From a virus, in IMG/VR virus record IMGVR_UViG_3300037483_000453, positions 96,001 to 160,000 of that record: 64,000 bases of DNA. The stretch is one strand, 5' to 3'. The notes beneath the pieces were generated by a model. That model worked only from the letters and a program-made list of their open reading frames with translations, did not search any database and was not told the origin of the DNA. The first letter of the stretch is position 1, and every line of letters begins with the position of its first letter. A program made the position numbers and the translations under genes. Of this stretch, positions 26,314-37,171 are shown one piece after another.

Positions 26314-29300
26314 ATGGTTATGACGAGCGCGCAGATTGCCCAAATGAATGGAGCCTTTCAGGGGCAATCCATGAATCAGATGGCATACTCGGGCATGATC
26401 GCCCAGCAGTCTCCCTACTCGGGAGAACGCATGGCCGGCAGCACTATGAATACACTGGGTGCCCTCGCTTCCCCAGTTGCCATGGGGGGCATGGCACTCG
26501 CTGGCCTTGACCCGATTTCCATGGGTATACGGGGCGGCATGGCCGGAGCGGGCATGGGTACCGCTGGTATGGCTGCTGGAGCGATTGGGGGAGCAGCCAT
26601 GGTTGCAGCCCCGTTGATGGCTGCCCAGTATATGGGTGGGCAGTTTATGCAGGGCGCTCAGCAACACCAACAGCTGGGTGGACAGCTTCGCTCGAGTTTC
26701 GGTTTTCAGAATCAGTTTGGTGGCAATGGCTTTACCGGTGGCCAGGTGGGTCAGATTGGTTCCGCGATGCGCGGGATGGTTGGAGAGCAAGGCCCCGGCG
26801 GTGAGATGGTCAGTTTTGATGAACTCGGACGACTAGCGTCAAACATGGGGCGCATGGGGATGGGCCAAGGCGTCCGCAATGCCAAGGATTTCACTGATAA
26901 GTTCAAGACGATGGTGAAGTCTCTAAAGGAGATTGCCTCTGAGATGGGCACGTCACTTGAGGAAGCTCAGAAGATGATGGCCGGCATGAAGCAATCCGGT
27001 GTCTTCGGTAATGCGAACCAGGTCGCGATGTCTCGTCAAATCCGTATTGGTGCCCAGGCTGGTGGATTAGCCACCTCTGAGCTCACGGGCATGGCTTCTG
27101 TGGGTTCACAGATTTCTCGTATGGTGGGCGGACGTGGTGCCGCCGGCGCCGCTGGTGGCGTAGAGACCATTACCAATATAGGGGTGGCCCAACAGATGGG
27201 CATTCTCAGCGAGGAGGACATCTACAACCAAACCGGAGAGGTTGGGGCCATGGGCCGGCGATCAATGGCCGTGGGCGGTATGGAACGCGCGGCCCGTTTC
27301 TACAAGAGTGGTATGGGCCGTAGGATGCTTGCTGCAATGGCCGGTAAGAACGGGCAGCTTGATGAGTCTGACGCTGAAGAGATCGCTGAGGGTGGTGTGA
27401 GCGTAAACAGAACGCGCCAGATGTGGAAAGAAAACCTAGCGGGAGTAGGGCAGGCTAACTTTATCCGAAACGAGGGCAAGTTACGGGGCGAAGCGCTGAA
27501 GCGCTTTGGGGCCCTGGGGCCAGCTATGTGGATGAAGTCACTGATGGAACAAAAGGGCATCGATGTAAATGAGGACAACGACCGTGCCATGCTGTTCCTG
27601 CAGCGCCGGATGAAGATGGGGGTTGATGAGGCTAGTAATGAACTGAAAATGATCCAGAACCTTCCAGCTATCCTCAAGGAACGTAAGGTCGTTGGCCAAG
27701 AGGAGAGCATGGCTCAGCGTATGAAGGCGCGTCAGCAGACGACAGGTATTGAAGGGTTGAAGCGCAAGCTTGACCGGGCTGTTACCGAAGTGAATGGTGA
27801 TATCCAGCAGGCTGGAGCAGGCTTCATGCAAAACCTTGAGAACGAGTTTGAAGGCATGGTCAACTGGTTGACCGAAACACGTGTGAAAGAGTTTCGACGT
27901 GATGTTGTGCGTGCCCTAGACCGGGGGCGAGGTGGGGGTAGCTCAGGTAATGCGGCCATGGCCCAGACATTCGGTGTTGGAGGGGGTGTTGCATCCAACC
28001 TACGTCAAGTGGCCGGTAAGGTAGGTGGAGGGGATGTTGCATTCAACCTGTCAGAGTTGCAGGAGAACAGTAGGGTCGGCCGTGGCATTGTGAGTAAGGC
28101 CATGGGTATGGGAGGTGGCTTTGTAAATGAGTTCAACCGCGTAGACCGTGAACGACTGTCAAAGTCAGGTTACTCAGTCGGTGAGAACTTGGACAAGGCT
28201 GGCATACAGGCACGTCTGAAGGAAATACAGTCATTCGCTGGTGCAGCCACTGGTCGTGGCATTGACGTCAGTCTCACCAAAGACGCGCGGTCGAGTATGC
28301 GTGAGGCATTTGCCAACCAGGTAACAGGTACCGGTGAGGCCCGGGCGCGGAGTGTGCAAAAGATGCTTTTGTCTTCAGGTGACCCAGAAATGAAGAAGCT
28401 GGGCGAACAGATGGGAAATGCGACACCCAGCGAGAAGGGCAACATTATTGCTGGTGTGAACCGTGCCCTGGGGATCTCTGATGAGAGTAAGCTCTACGCA
28501 ACTGGTGACTCCCTCGGAGTCTACAATACATCCGAATACCTAACTGTTAGAGACCAGTCAGAGGCAATCGGCGGGAGCTTACTAGGGTCCAGGGACGAGG
28601 GTCTGATTACCTCTGCAGCTCGGGCTGGGCTTTCGGGGTTCAAAAAGGGGGGAAGCGTATGGGGCGCCTCGGCTATGGTGGGTGATATTGGCAAGCGCTT
28701 GTTTGGGCTTGATGAGGCCACCAACCTCCGGGCAGATGTCGGAAGATTTGCGAGAACAGAAGAGGCACGGGGACTGGCAGCCAGGGCTATCGGGACTGAT
28801 GCAGGAGCGAGGGAGGCTGCACGTGGCGAAGTCACCAGCAAGATGATCGCTCTCAAGCAGAAGCAAGCAGAAGCTGAACGCTCAGGCGGTGAGTTCAGTA
28901 GTAAGGGGGAGCTCGAGTACCTTCGAAGTGTCCAGGCAGCCCAAAAAATGCAGAGTATTGGTGGTGCCGGCGCTTCTAAGAAGGCAGTGGCAGCAGCCGC
29001 CAAGTCAATGGGCATGACCCCTGACGAGTTTAGTAATCGAGTGGGCGGTGTCGTAGGCGTTGTCATGAACGACCAGCGTGAAGCTGTGATGGCGCTTGAT
29101 GGTGTTCAGTCGAAGGCCCGCATGACAAGCATGACCGATAGTGGGCTGGTTGTAATTGGCAAGGATGGTAAGGCCGAACTTAGGGGTGAGGTGGCTGATG
29201 CCCTAGGCGATATACCAGGCGGTAAGTTTCTAAAAGCGATGATTGAGGAGGAGAGCAAGCTTGCCGGCCTTGAGGAGGGTAACCTAGCTGGTAATCAGGC

Positions 29301-29883
29301 TATTCTTGAAGACGTGGGGGGCAGGGGCGGTGCCATTGAGCGCAGGAACGAGGCTCTTGGGCAAATGTCGGTGTCTGGCATGCGCAGTGCGGCTGATACC
29401 CTGCGTGGGAAGGGTGCGCCTGAGATTCGCCAGATGCTCCTACATAAAGCAGGCCTGCGTGATCGCCTCGCCAAGGGTGGCAAGTCTCACATACTTCGTA
29501 ACCTGTCCGGTGCACTGGGTGCAGGGCTGGATAAGGATGAACTGTTGGCAGCTCTTAAGGGCGGTGGTGAGGCTGGTGTCGTAGAGGCTCTTGTGGGTGG
29601 TACTGGTATTGAGTCAGAAGCCGGTAAGACAGCCATCAAGGAAGCAACCGCAGCGATGCAGAAGGGTGATATTGCCACTGCCGAGGAGAAGATTTCTGGC
29701 CTGGGTGGAGAGCTGCAGGAGGCTAGGAAAAAGAAGACCCTGGCAGCACAGAAGGACTCTAACCCGCTGCAGGTGGAGGCCAATCAGTTCCTGAAGGGCA
29801 TTGAGGAAGTGCTGAAGGAGCAGAAGACCACAATGACGAGGATTGCGTCAAATACGGAGCCAATCTTTGGCTCATCTGAATAG
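26314..29883 (+). CDS. tail tape measure protein
   Basis: 1189 aa, Gly/Ala/Met-rich and helical; followed by tube-initiator-like and hub-like genes. Confidence 0.75.
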   Translation: MVMTSAQIAQMNGAFQGQSMNQMAYSGMIAQQSPYSGERMAGSTMNTLGALASPVAMGGMALAGLDPISMGIRGGMAGAGMGTAGMAAGAIGGAAMVAAPLMAAQYMGGQFMQGAQQHQQLGGQLRSSFGFQNQFGGNGFTGGQVGQIGSAMRGMVGEQGPGGEMVSFDELGRLASNMGRMGMGQGVRNAKDFTDKFKTMVKSLKEIASEMGTSLEEAQKMMAGMKQSGVFGNANQVAMSRQIRIGAQAGGLATSELTGMASVGSQISRMVGGRGAAGAAGGVETITNIGVAQQMGILSEEDIYNQTGEVGAMGRRSMAVGGMERAARFYKSGMGRRMLAAMAGKNGQLDESDAEEIAEGGVSVNRTRQMWKENLAGVGQANFIRNEGKLRGEALKRFGALGPAMWMKSLMEQKGIDVNEDNDRAMLFLQRRMKMGVDEASNELKMIQNLPAILKERKVVGQEESMAQRMKARQQTTGIEGLKRKLDRAVTEVNGDIQQAGAGFMQNLENEFEGMVNWLTETRVKEFRRDVVRALDRGRGGGSSGNAAMAQTFGVGGGVASNLRQVAGKVGGGDVAFNLSELQENSRVGRGIVSKAMGMGGGFVNEFNRVDRERLSKSGYSVGENLDKAGIQARLKEIQSFAGAATGRGIDVSLTKDARSSMREAFANQVTGTGEARARSVQKMLLSSGDPEMKKLGEQMGNATPSEKGNIIAGVNRALGISDESKLYATGDSLGVYNTSEYLTVRDQSEAIGGSLLGSRDEGLITSAARAGLSGFKKGGSVWGASAMVGDIGKRLFGLDEATNLRADVGRFARTEEARGLAARAIGTDAGAREAARGEVTSKMIALKQKQAEAERSGGEFSSKGELEYLRSVQAAQKMQSIGGAGASKKAVAAAAKSMGMTPDEFSNRVGGVVGVVMNDQREAVMALDGVQSKARMTSMTDSGLVVIGKDGKAELRGEVADALGDIPGGKFLKAMIEEESKLAGLEEGNLAGNQAILEDVGGRGGAIERRNEALGQMSVSGMRSAADTLRGKGAPEIRQMLLHKAGLRDRLAKGGKSHILRNLSGALGAGLDKDELLAALKGGGEAGVVEALVGGTGIESEAGKTAIKEATAAMQKGDIATAEEKISGLGGELQEARKKKTLAAQKDSNPLQVEANQFLKGIEEVLKEQKTTMTRIASNTEPIFGSSE

Positions 29884-29899
29884 CATTGAGGACAAGTCG

Positions 29900-30169
29900 A
29901 TGAAATCTTTGTTGTTCCAGGAAGGTGCGTCTTTTAGTGAGCCGCCGGGATGCTCTGCCCTGCCCTGCAGGCAGGAGGCTACGGTCAATCTGAAGAAGAA
30001 CGGGCGTATCTATCGATTTGTGGTTCGAGATCGGATTGTGCCCGAGGACCCCCTGCTCATGTTAACAAAGGCCATTGCTTTCTCTATCCAGACGGGTGAG
30101 GCGTACAATGGAACTTCTCCTAGCCGTGCGCTAAAGGACTTTCTCATCAAGGACAGCGTGGTTATCTAA
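29900..30169 (+). CDS. hypothetical protein
   Basis: GAGG RBS; between the tape measure and the next structural gene. Confidence 0.55.
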   Translation: MKSLLFQEGASFSEPPGCSALPCRQEATVNLKKNGRIYRFVVRDRIVPEDPLLMLTKAIAFSIQTGEAYNGTSPSRALKDFLIKDSVVI

Positions 30170-31905
30170 TGGCCGTGTTCATAGAAGTGGTAACCGACCC
30201 ATTTGAGGAGAACCGTAGCCAGGAGGTCAGTATCCAACGTGGTGGTGACGATTCTCGTACTGTGGGTGGTCGTCGTATTGCTCGTCGCCCCCTACGAGGT
30301 CTCGAGATAAAGGAAGACCGGGTAGCTGCCATAAAGGTAGTTCAGTCTGATGGCACAGAGATCCCACTAGTGGATGCGGGCAGCCCTTATGGTGACGGCC
30401 AAACACAGGCAGGTTACACCAACTTCATCATCCAGAGTGTGACAGAGGCACGGATGGAGAAGCACCAGATTGTCGAGACGTTTGGTGAGTCCTACATCTT
30501 CTTTTTCGGCGAGGCTCCACGTTTTTTAGATGTGCAGATGGTCGTCATTAACTCTCACGACTTCAACTGGGAGGCCGAATGGTGGGAGAACTACGAGCGT
30601 CATTTCCGTGGCACGCGCCTGGTGGAGATGGGGGCACGGTTGTACATGTTCTATGACGATAACATCGTCGAGGGTTACATGCTCAACTCGCAAGCGTCAA
30701 AGATGTCTGACCAACCGCTTATGGTTCAGATGAACTTCCGGCTGTTCCTCACTGGATATCGGAACATCACTTTTGTGGGCAACCCTCAGTACCCTATTCG
30801 AGCGAGTGTGGTTTTGCCGGATGGCGTCAACCTTAGAGATCCCAGCGCCACCGACAGTATCGTTTCAAACTTGCGAGACTTGGCACGTAATGACGCCTTG
30901 GCCGTGGGGGCAGCAGATGCAGAAAGTGTACTAGCTTCACAGTCTAGTGGTTTCTCTGACAGAACACGCTTGCGAAACTACCTTCGGTCAGCACCTGCTA
31001 CAGGGGCAGTGTCTCCTAGCACCGTACAGTTGATTGAGCGCTTAGGCGGTGTAGATGAGATTACCATCACAAACCGAGGGGGAGCCCTGAGAGGAAAGAT
31101 CTCTGAGAACTTGGATGAGTACCTGGGTGTGTCCAGTGAGGGCGTAGGTTCTACGAGCTTTGAGCATGGCACTTTGGGCATACCTCCTCTCCAGGCGCAG
31201 ACAGTGCGTTCCCAGCAAGAGGTGGATGACTTGTGGCAAGAATCCATTAGACGCATAGGGCTGCTTGGGGCAGACATCAACAACCCACAGGCCCTGAATG
31301 ACCTTGGGCTTATGCCAATCGTCGCAGGTGGTATTGGGCCAGGTGTGGGAGGAGCCAGTGGGTTTGGTAGGGGTTTCTCCTTCACTCCTAGTGCAGGGGC
31401 ATCTTATGGGGACAGCCTAACCAGTTCATTGGTGCCAGCCAACGCTGCCTATGATCAACAGAGTAGAGATCCTTTGGGCGCGGTGTTTGGTGGTGGTGCA
31501 AGTGCCCAGATTAGCTCGAGGTTCACTATCCAGGGCGGTGGAGACCGGGAATATGGATACGAGAGTTCCTTTGCGTCGGGACCTGGCTATGGCAAACCGG
31601 GTTACGGGGACTACGGAGGTAACGGTTACGGCAGCGGCCAGGGCGCAGGTGGAGACCCGGGCTTTAGAAGCCCAGACCTCTTCAGCTACGAGGGGGTATC
31701 TGACAATGTGGCGGCATTCAACCGATTCAATAAGCCAAAGAGGAACAATACGGTGTTTGGGTCAGCTAGTGCCAGGATAGGTCTAGGAGCGAGCAGTACC
31801 GGCTCTGCTGGTGGTGCCAGCTCGAATATCTCAGGACGTCCATCAGCCTTTGCCATCATCTCCACCGATGGCGAGGCTGTTTGGGCTGAGAGCATCGACT
31901 TCTAG
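30169..31905 (+). CDS. putative tail tube initiator/baseplate protein with Gly/Ser-rich C-terminus
   Basis: NFIIQSVTEARMEKHQIVETFGESYIFFFGEAPR tube-fold-like segment; position after the tape measure. Confidence 0.55.
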   Translation: MAVFIEVVTDPFEENRSQEVSIQRGGDDSRTVGGRRIARRPLRGLEIKEDRVAAIKVVQSDGTEIPLVDAGSPYGDGQTQAGYTNFIIQSVTEARMEKHQIVETFGESYIFFFGEAPRFLDVQMVVINSHDFNWEAEWWENYERHFRGTRLVEMGARLYMFYDDNIVEGYMLNSQASKMSDQPLMVQMNFRLFLTGYRNITFVGNPQYPIRASVVLPDGVNLRDPSATDSIVSNLRDLARNDALAVGAADAESVLASQSSGFSDRTRLRNYLRSAPATGAVSPSTVQLIERLGGVDEITITNRGGALRGKISENLDEYLGVSSEGVGSTSFEHGTLGIPPLQAQTVRSQQEVDDLWQESIRRIGLLGADINNPQALNDLGLMPIVAGGIGPGVGGASGFGRGFSFTPSAGASYGDSLTSSLVPANAAYDQQSRDPLGAVFGGGASAQISSRFTIQGGGDREYGYESSFASGPGYGKPGYGDYGGNGYGSGQGAGGDPGFRSPDLFSYEGVSDNVAAFNRFNKPKRNNTVFGSASARIGLGASSTGSAGGASSNISGRPSAFAIISTDGEAVWAESIDF

Positions 31906-31907
31906 TC

Positions 31908-34900
31908 ATGCCGGGGTTTGGGCAGCGCTTACGCCTTAGGCTTTTCTTGGAGGGCATAGAGATTCCCGTCATCTCGGCGAACGTGCAGGCGGCGCCAAAC
32001 AGCCCAACTGCATGCTCAATACAGATCCCGCCCCTAGCAGAGGGAACACGGCTGCTGCCCAGGACACTAGTGCACGTGTTCTTCCTGGATGACTATGAGT
32101 CCAAACTTCCCTACATGACAATGGGGAACAAGCGCACTGGTACCCAGCGACGCACACCTACCGAATACCAACGAGATGAGGATAGTCTTAATGGTTTCAT
32201 TTCTAATCTGGCTGACTCAGGTGACGTAGCACAAGCAAATGCCGGCGCAGAAAACCAACCGCTGGGATCATCCATCACTCAGTACAAGCTCTTATTTGGT
32301 GGTGAGATAGTTGGCTTCGTTTGGAACAAGAATCAAGCAAACCGGGCGCTGGTGCTCCAATGCATGGACTGGTCCAACTACTGGGATTACGCCTATCAAT
32401 ATTCCAACACAGGTATCTTTGGCCCCGGTCGCAAAGCCATGTTCTCCGGTGGGGCCACCAACCTCTTTACCGACTTCTTGGAGGGCAAGGGTAGCGTCAT
32501 CACAAGGATCGTTGCCTCTGGACGTTGTAACAGCTTTCCAAAGCTGAAGGGGTTAGCCGCGGGCATCATACGGCTCATGGAGGCCATTGGTGGCACCTAC
32601 TACCCAAACCCGGGTGCGGCTAGTCAGAAGCGCTTGGCAGGGCAAAACCTGTTCTTCTCAACAGCAGAGTTGCGGCTGCATATCACACATATGGTGGCGG
32701 CGATTGAGAATGACAAAACGTCACAGACATTACTGAGACGTCACGGCTGGCACCGGCTCTTTAGCAGGCAGCTGGGTGGCCTGGGCGGCCAGGTGAGCAT
32801 ACGTAAGGCCATCAACGCGTTGCAAGGGATCATCTTCCACGAGACGTATGGGCAGCCCTGCCCATATTACCGGCCAGGCTTGGATAATACAGTCTCAGGC
32901 CAGAAGCGCATGAGGCTAGTTGACTCTCCTCAGTTTAGCAACGTAGCGACAATAGCAGAGCAGGTAAGAAGCTCGGTTGAAGCCATCTCAGTTTTACTGC
33001 AGTCGGTCACATCAGAGCAGATTGCGTCAGTGGGCGGGTCTTCCACGTTTAGGGCAAGTATCAGCCAGCGGCTGGGGGCACAGCGCAAGCTGCTCAACAG
33101 GTTGCAGGCAACTGTCACAACCCAGAGAGCCCCATCATCAGCCAAGTCTCTCATCAGCCATTCTACCAGGAAGATCACAACGGCCTCCACCCGCTTTAGG
33201 CGGTGGAGACTTAGCGCACCCGAAGCGGTGCGCACAGGGGTGACTAAACAGTTGGATGAGGTGGTTTCTGATCTCAGCCGTCTCAGCAGGCTGACCATCA
33301 ATCTCACGCCCAGGGGAATGCAGCAGCCCGCTCGATTGAACCAGCATATCCTGCGTCCAGACATCTGGTTTGGGGCACCACCACGATGCAACGTGCTGTT
33401 TCCCGAGGACTATGACTCGATCAGCTACCAGCGCATGTTCATGCAGGAGCCGACTCGCCTGTTACTGAAGACCAACGATGAGTTTTTTGGCGAGGACTTT
33501 TTGTTTGACAAGCTTTACTTTGCTCCACAAACAAGCTCGGTGAAAAAGAACAAGGCTCAGATGCGCAGTATGATGAACGGCGATTTGCTCGACCATGAGC
33601 TATTCACCGGTATTCTGCCTGTGTTTGAGAAGAGCGGCGAGTTCAACGTATTTGCCAGCAAGAGCGGCACACAGAAGCAGATGAACAAGGTAGGGTTCGC
33701 TCAACGCTCTGCCAACTTCTTGTACTTCAAGTACCGCTTCAACGCTCGACGTATGCGTGTGAGCGGTAGATTCAACCCCTTCATAGCCTGTGGGTTTCCG
33801 GGGCTCATTATTGACAAGCCTGTGGATGGTCCAACGGCGGCTCTGCATAATGAGCTACGTGCCAAGCAAAACCTACCAAGGTCTGAGATCTCCCAAACAC
33901 TGGGCACCAACTTTCTGGGCAACTTCACCGAGGTAAGTCACTCTATATCCCAGTCTGAGAGCCATGGCAGGACGGAGATCAGCTGCAGCTACCCTCGTCA
34001 GGTGGAGGAGTCTGTTGAGTTCCTGGGCGCAGCTGAGGTGGTGCAGACTGTGCGGCGTAAAGTGGGTGAGACCATGAGGTCTACAGATGTGGCTGCTATC
34101 AATGCTCCCAAAATCTTGTCGTTTGGTCCTAACGGTGGGCGCATCAAGAACGTCACTGACGTCACTGCGTCCTACAACTCCGGTAGTGTAGAGAACCGCG
34201 TAGCCCTCTACCAAGCAAAGGGCAGAAAGGGAGGTCGGGTACAGCGCGTAGATGTCCCGGTAGGCGTGCCCACTAGCGGCCATGCCTTAGGTTCAGAGGA
34301 TGTGACTGAGCTGACAGGAGGTCCTACCAGGTCCGTTGTTTTCAGGGCGTACCGTGTCGAAGAGGAGGTACCACGCTTCCGACGTGAAGCTGCGGATATC
34401 CCAGCTGAAGTTTTGATGACTCCAGGTTGGTATGACAACACGGTATGGAACACGGCAAATATTGGTAAGGCGTATCAAGAACTCTTTGGCACCGGCTCCA
34501 TCACAGACCCACAGACCGTCAATGACAATCTAGGTGGCTCGAGTGTGCCATCTGAGTCTTCGGTAGAGGCCACCGAGAGATCTGAGGAGGCCAGTAGCAT
34601 CGAAGACCCTCGCAATGATGCACTTGCATACCTCAGTCTTGATGAGGGCTCTAGCATCCAGGATGCAGTGGATTTCTTGACCCTCACCTACAGCTTCATT
34701 AGACAAAATGGGTACAATGTTGACGAGTTCAAGCGTGCGTATGCCTGGCGTCCCATTGCCACAATGGTGGACATTTTTGGCACTACCAACCTCGAGTTCT
34801 CATCTGACGGTCAGGATGTCATTAGTGGGATCGAAGGGTTTCACTCCCGTGCTTTTGGTCCGTATGATGACCTGTTTGGTTTGGTGAGCCCCGAAATAGA

Positions 34901-35024
34901 AAACATCCTAGGTATCAAGCGGGGCAGTGCGAGTGCACAAAAAGCAGACACTCGAAAGCGAAAGCAGGAGGCTGTGCAGCACCTCTCTGCCTCTCTAACA
35001 CACTCACGAGGTATACTCGGGTAG
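31908..35024 (+). CDS. putative baseplate hub protein (gp27/VgrG-like)
   Basis: LRLFLEGIEIPVISANV..., LLFGGEIVGF..., LVLQCMDW, GRFNPFIACGFPGLII hub-like pattern; synteny. Confidence 0.6.
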   Translation: MPGFGQRLRLRLFLEGIEIPVISANVQAAPNSPTACSIQIPPLAEGTRLLPRTLVHVFFLDDYESKLPYMTMGNKRTGTQRRTPTEYQRDEDSLNGFISNLADSGDVAQANAGAENQPLGSSITQYKLLFGGEIVGFVWNKNQANRALVLQCMDWSNYWDYAYQYSNTGIFGPGRKAMFSGGATNLFTDFLEGKGSVITRIVASGRCNSFPKLKGLAAGIIRLMEAIGGTYYPNPGAASQKRLAGQNLFFSTAELRLHITHMVAAIENDKTSQTLLRRHGWHRLFSRQLGGLGGQVSIRKAINALQGIIFHETYGQPCPYYRPGLDNTVSGQKRMRLVDSPQFSNVATIAEQVRSSVEAISVLLQSVTSEQIASVGGSSTFRASISQRLGAQRKLLNRLQATVTTQRAPSSAKSLISHSTRKITTASTRFRRWRLSAPEAVRTGVTKQLDEVVSDLSRLSRLTINLTPRGMQQPARLNQHILRPDIWFGAPPRCNVLFPEDYDSISYQRMFMQEPTRLLLKTNDEFFGEDFLFDKLYFAPQTSSVKKNKAQMRSMMNGDLLDHELFTGILPVFEKSGEFNVFASKSGTQKQMNKVGFAQRSANFLYFKYRFNARRMRVSGRFNPFIACGFPGLIIDKPVDGPTAALHNELRAKQNLPRSEISQTLGTNFLGNFTEVSHSISQSESHGRTEISCSYPRQVEESVEFLGAAEVVQTVRRKVGETMRSTDVAAINAPKILSFGPNGGRIKNVTDVTASYNSGSVENRVALYQAKGRKGGRVQRVDVPVGVPTSGHALGSEDVTELTGGPTRSVVFRAYRVEEEVPRFRREAADIPAEVLMTPGWYDNTVWNTANIGKAYQELFGTGSITDPQTVNDNLGGSSVPSESSVEATERSEEASSIEDPRNDALAYLSLDEGSSIQDAVDFLTLTYSFIRQNGYNVDEFKRAYAWRPIATMVDIFGTTNLEFSSDGQDVISGIEGFHSRAFGPYDDLFGLVSPEIENILGIKRGSASAQKADTRKRKQEAVQHLSASLTHSRGILG

Positions 35025-35026
35025 CC

Positions 35027-37171
35027 ATGTCGTCGCGTAAGAGTTTCAGTATTGCCCAGTCCCGAAAGGGTAGAAGGCCAATGTCAGTGGCGACCATGCT
35101 GAAAAAGGAGAAAGAGGGTACCCTCTACAAGCGCACCAAGCTTGGTGCTGACCTCGAGGCCGCACGAGATAAAACTGTTCACGCGCTCGAGGCCCTCAGA
35201 GAAGGGAACAAATACAGCAAGGCTTTGGAGGATGTCAAAGAGGTATCTTCTGCCGTGGGCCAGAAGTTGGGTTTGCCCGAGCACAGACCGTTCGACAAGT
35301 TCAAGGAGTGGGGCAAGGCCCTCCAGACCAAAACGGCTGGGAAGTATGGCAAGAACAGCGCCGGCTTCGACCTGCAGGGAAAGACAGAGGTACAGGGCCT
35401 CCCCATCGCTATTGAGAACCGGGTGGGTTCTGTACGCGAGGGAAAGAACGACGATGGTTCAAAGTGGAGAACCAAGTTCCGCGCGCCCTATGGCTATATC
35501 GAGGGTACCAAGGGTGCCGACGGTGACGAGATCGACGCGTACGTGGGCCCGGACAAAAGTGCACCCAAGGCGTTCGTGGTGCATCAAAAGAAGAGTAACG
35601 GCAGCCACGACGAGGACACGGTGATGCTGGGCTTCAGGTCCAAGGGCGACGCCAAGAAATGCATCCTCAAGCACTACGAAGACAAGAGCCAGGTTGGTTC
35701 TGTCGATGACATGTCTGTGGAAACGCTGCAGGCGCATCTTGCTCGAGCGGATGGTAAGAAGATCTCCAAACTGGCATTCATGGATGAGTCAAACAGGTTC
35801 CTCAGGAAAATGATCATTGGTGGGGTGGCGGGTGCCGCTGGGGGCCTAGGACATGAGCTCATCTTCCCAACTAGGGCCATCCCAGCAACACAGTGGTCAC
35901 AGGCGCTCAACAACAAAGATCCCGACGCCATACTCGTGGGGGGTAAGGTACTGACGCCTAGTGATATTTCCGCTCGGCAACAGGCCTTTAGTAGGGTCTC
36001 TGCTACCGCAAAGAAGGGCAAACAGCTGACTGTCAGCAAAGCACAGCCCGGGGAACGCGTGGTTGCTTCTGGCAGGAACTACATTGTAGAGGTTCCCCGA
36101 CCACATAAAGATGTAGCTGGCCGCGTGGCACCACTAGTTCAGCACGTAGATCGTAGGGAGGGTTCTCCCGAGGAGCTGCTGAGTAAGCTACGGCTTGTTG
36201 CCGCCAAAGAAGTTGATGGTGTGCCTAAGCATGCTGCTCAGGTGGCTGCACTGCGTGGAGTGGGGCGTCGTCTGGCTAAGAAGCCCGTTAAAGATGAGGT
36301 GTATGAGAAGACGGCGGCAGCGCTGGAAAATACCCTACGGACGGCATTCCTGGACGAGCTCCAGAAGATATCCCAAGCTGGCGGGGCGCCTGCCTGGGAT
36401 GAGGAGTTCGCCTCGGGTAGCCTGGTTGATGGTCTGATCAAAGAGGCGGTATTTCGCCAGATGGCCGGGAGCCTGAAGCGCCTAGCCGTAGGAGGTACCA
36501 CCCCCGCAGGAGTTCCTGTCAAAGGTGCTCTGTCTGGCCTTGTTGGCGCTGGTAAGCGCCTGGAGGCCGTGGGAGCAGGCATGAAGACCAGCCCGGCACA
36601 ACGTATCAGGGCAGCCGGCGCCGCACCTCAAGAGGCACGGCAGCTTGCGCAGCAGGCTCAGCAGTTTGGTGTTAGAGCACCTGGCACTGTGAAACGTGTT
36701 GCTGGGGAAGCTGTTCAGGGCGCTGGTGGCCATGTGACCCACGCAAGCCCCCTAAAGATGGCACTCAATCCACTGGGTACCGTGATTGGTGGGGGTATCG
36801 AGGGTGGAACTAAAGGGGTAGGCAAGGAGCTGGTGCGGTCCACGGGTTTGGCAGGCAGAGTGGGAGCCGGTGGCTTCCGTGGCTCTCTGGGCCGCGGTTT
36901 GCAGAAGGCAGCTCCGACAGCGGGCCTGTTAGGCGAGGTGGGTACCCTAGGCGCCATCGGTGGTATGGCTCATCTACCCCTGTCACACACCGGAGCAATC
37001 GGAGCTGGCTTGATAAAAGCATCGCCTGTCATTGGCAAGGGCTTAGCTACTCTAGGTCAAGTTGGGGGCCATATTGGTGCTGACGCGCTTGGTACCGCGG
37101 TACAACGTTCAGCTGCACATGCTCCACGGCTTTTTAACAGGCTCGGAAATGCCGCGGGGTATTTGGGATGA
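35027..37171 (+). CDS. multidomain protein with an inorganic-pyrophosphatase-like (polyvalent-protein InPase) domain and K-x-A-delimited Gly-rich segments
   Basis: GLPIAIENRVGSVREG...YGYIEGTKGADGDEIDAYVGP...HDEDTVMLGF; KLAF, KHAA, KTAA, AFLDELQKIS, KEAVF. Confidence 0.8.
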   Translation: MSSRKSFSIAQSRKGRRPMSVATMLKKEKEGTLYKRTKLGADLEAARDKTVHALEALREGNKYSKALEDVKEVSSAVGQKLGLPEHRPFDKFKEWGKALQTKTAGKYGKNSAGFDLQGKTEVQGLPIAIENRVGSVREGKNDDGSKWRTKFRAPYGYIEGTKGADGDEIDAYVGPDKSAPKAFVVHQKKSNGSHDEDTVMLGFRSKGDAKKCILKHYEDKSQVGSVDDMSVETLQAHLARADGKKISKLAFMDESNRFLRKMIIGGVAGAAGGLGHELIFPTRAIPATQWSQALNNKDPDAILVGGKVLTPSDISARQQAFSRVSATAKKGKQLTVSKAQPGERVVASGRNYIVEVPRPHKDVAGRVAPLVQHVDRREGSPEELLSKLRLVAAKEVDGVPKHAAQVAALRGVGRRLAKKPVKDEVYEKTAAALENTLRTAFLDELQKISQAGGAPAWDEEFASGSLVDGLIKEAVFRQMAGSLKRLAVGGTTPAGVPVKGALSGLVGAGKRLEAVGAGMKTSPAQRIRAAGAAPQEARQLAQQAQQFGVRAPGTVKRVAGEAVQGAGGHVTHASPLKMALNPLGTVIGGGIEGGTKGVGKELVRSTGLAGRVGAGGFRGSLGRGLQKAAPTAGLLGEVGTLGAIGGMAHLPLSHTGAIGAGLIKASPVIGKGLATLGQVGGHIGADALGTAVQRSAAHAPRLFNRLGNAAGYLG

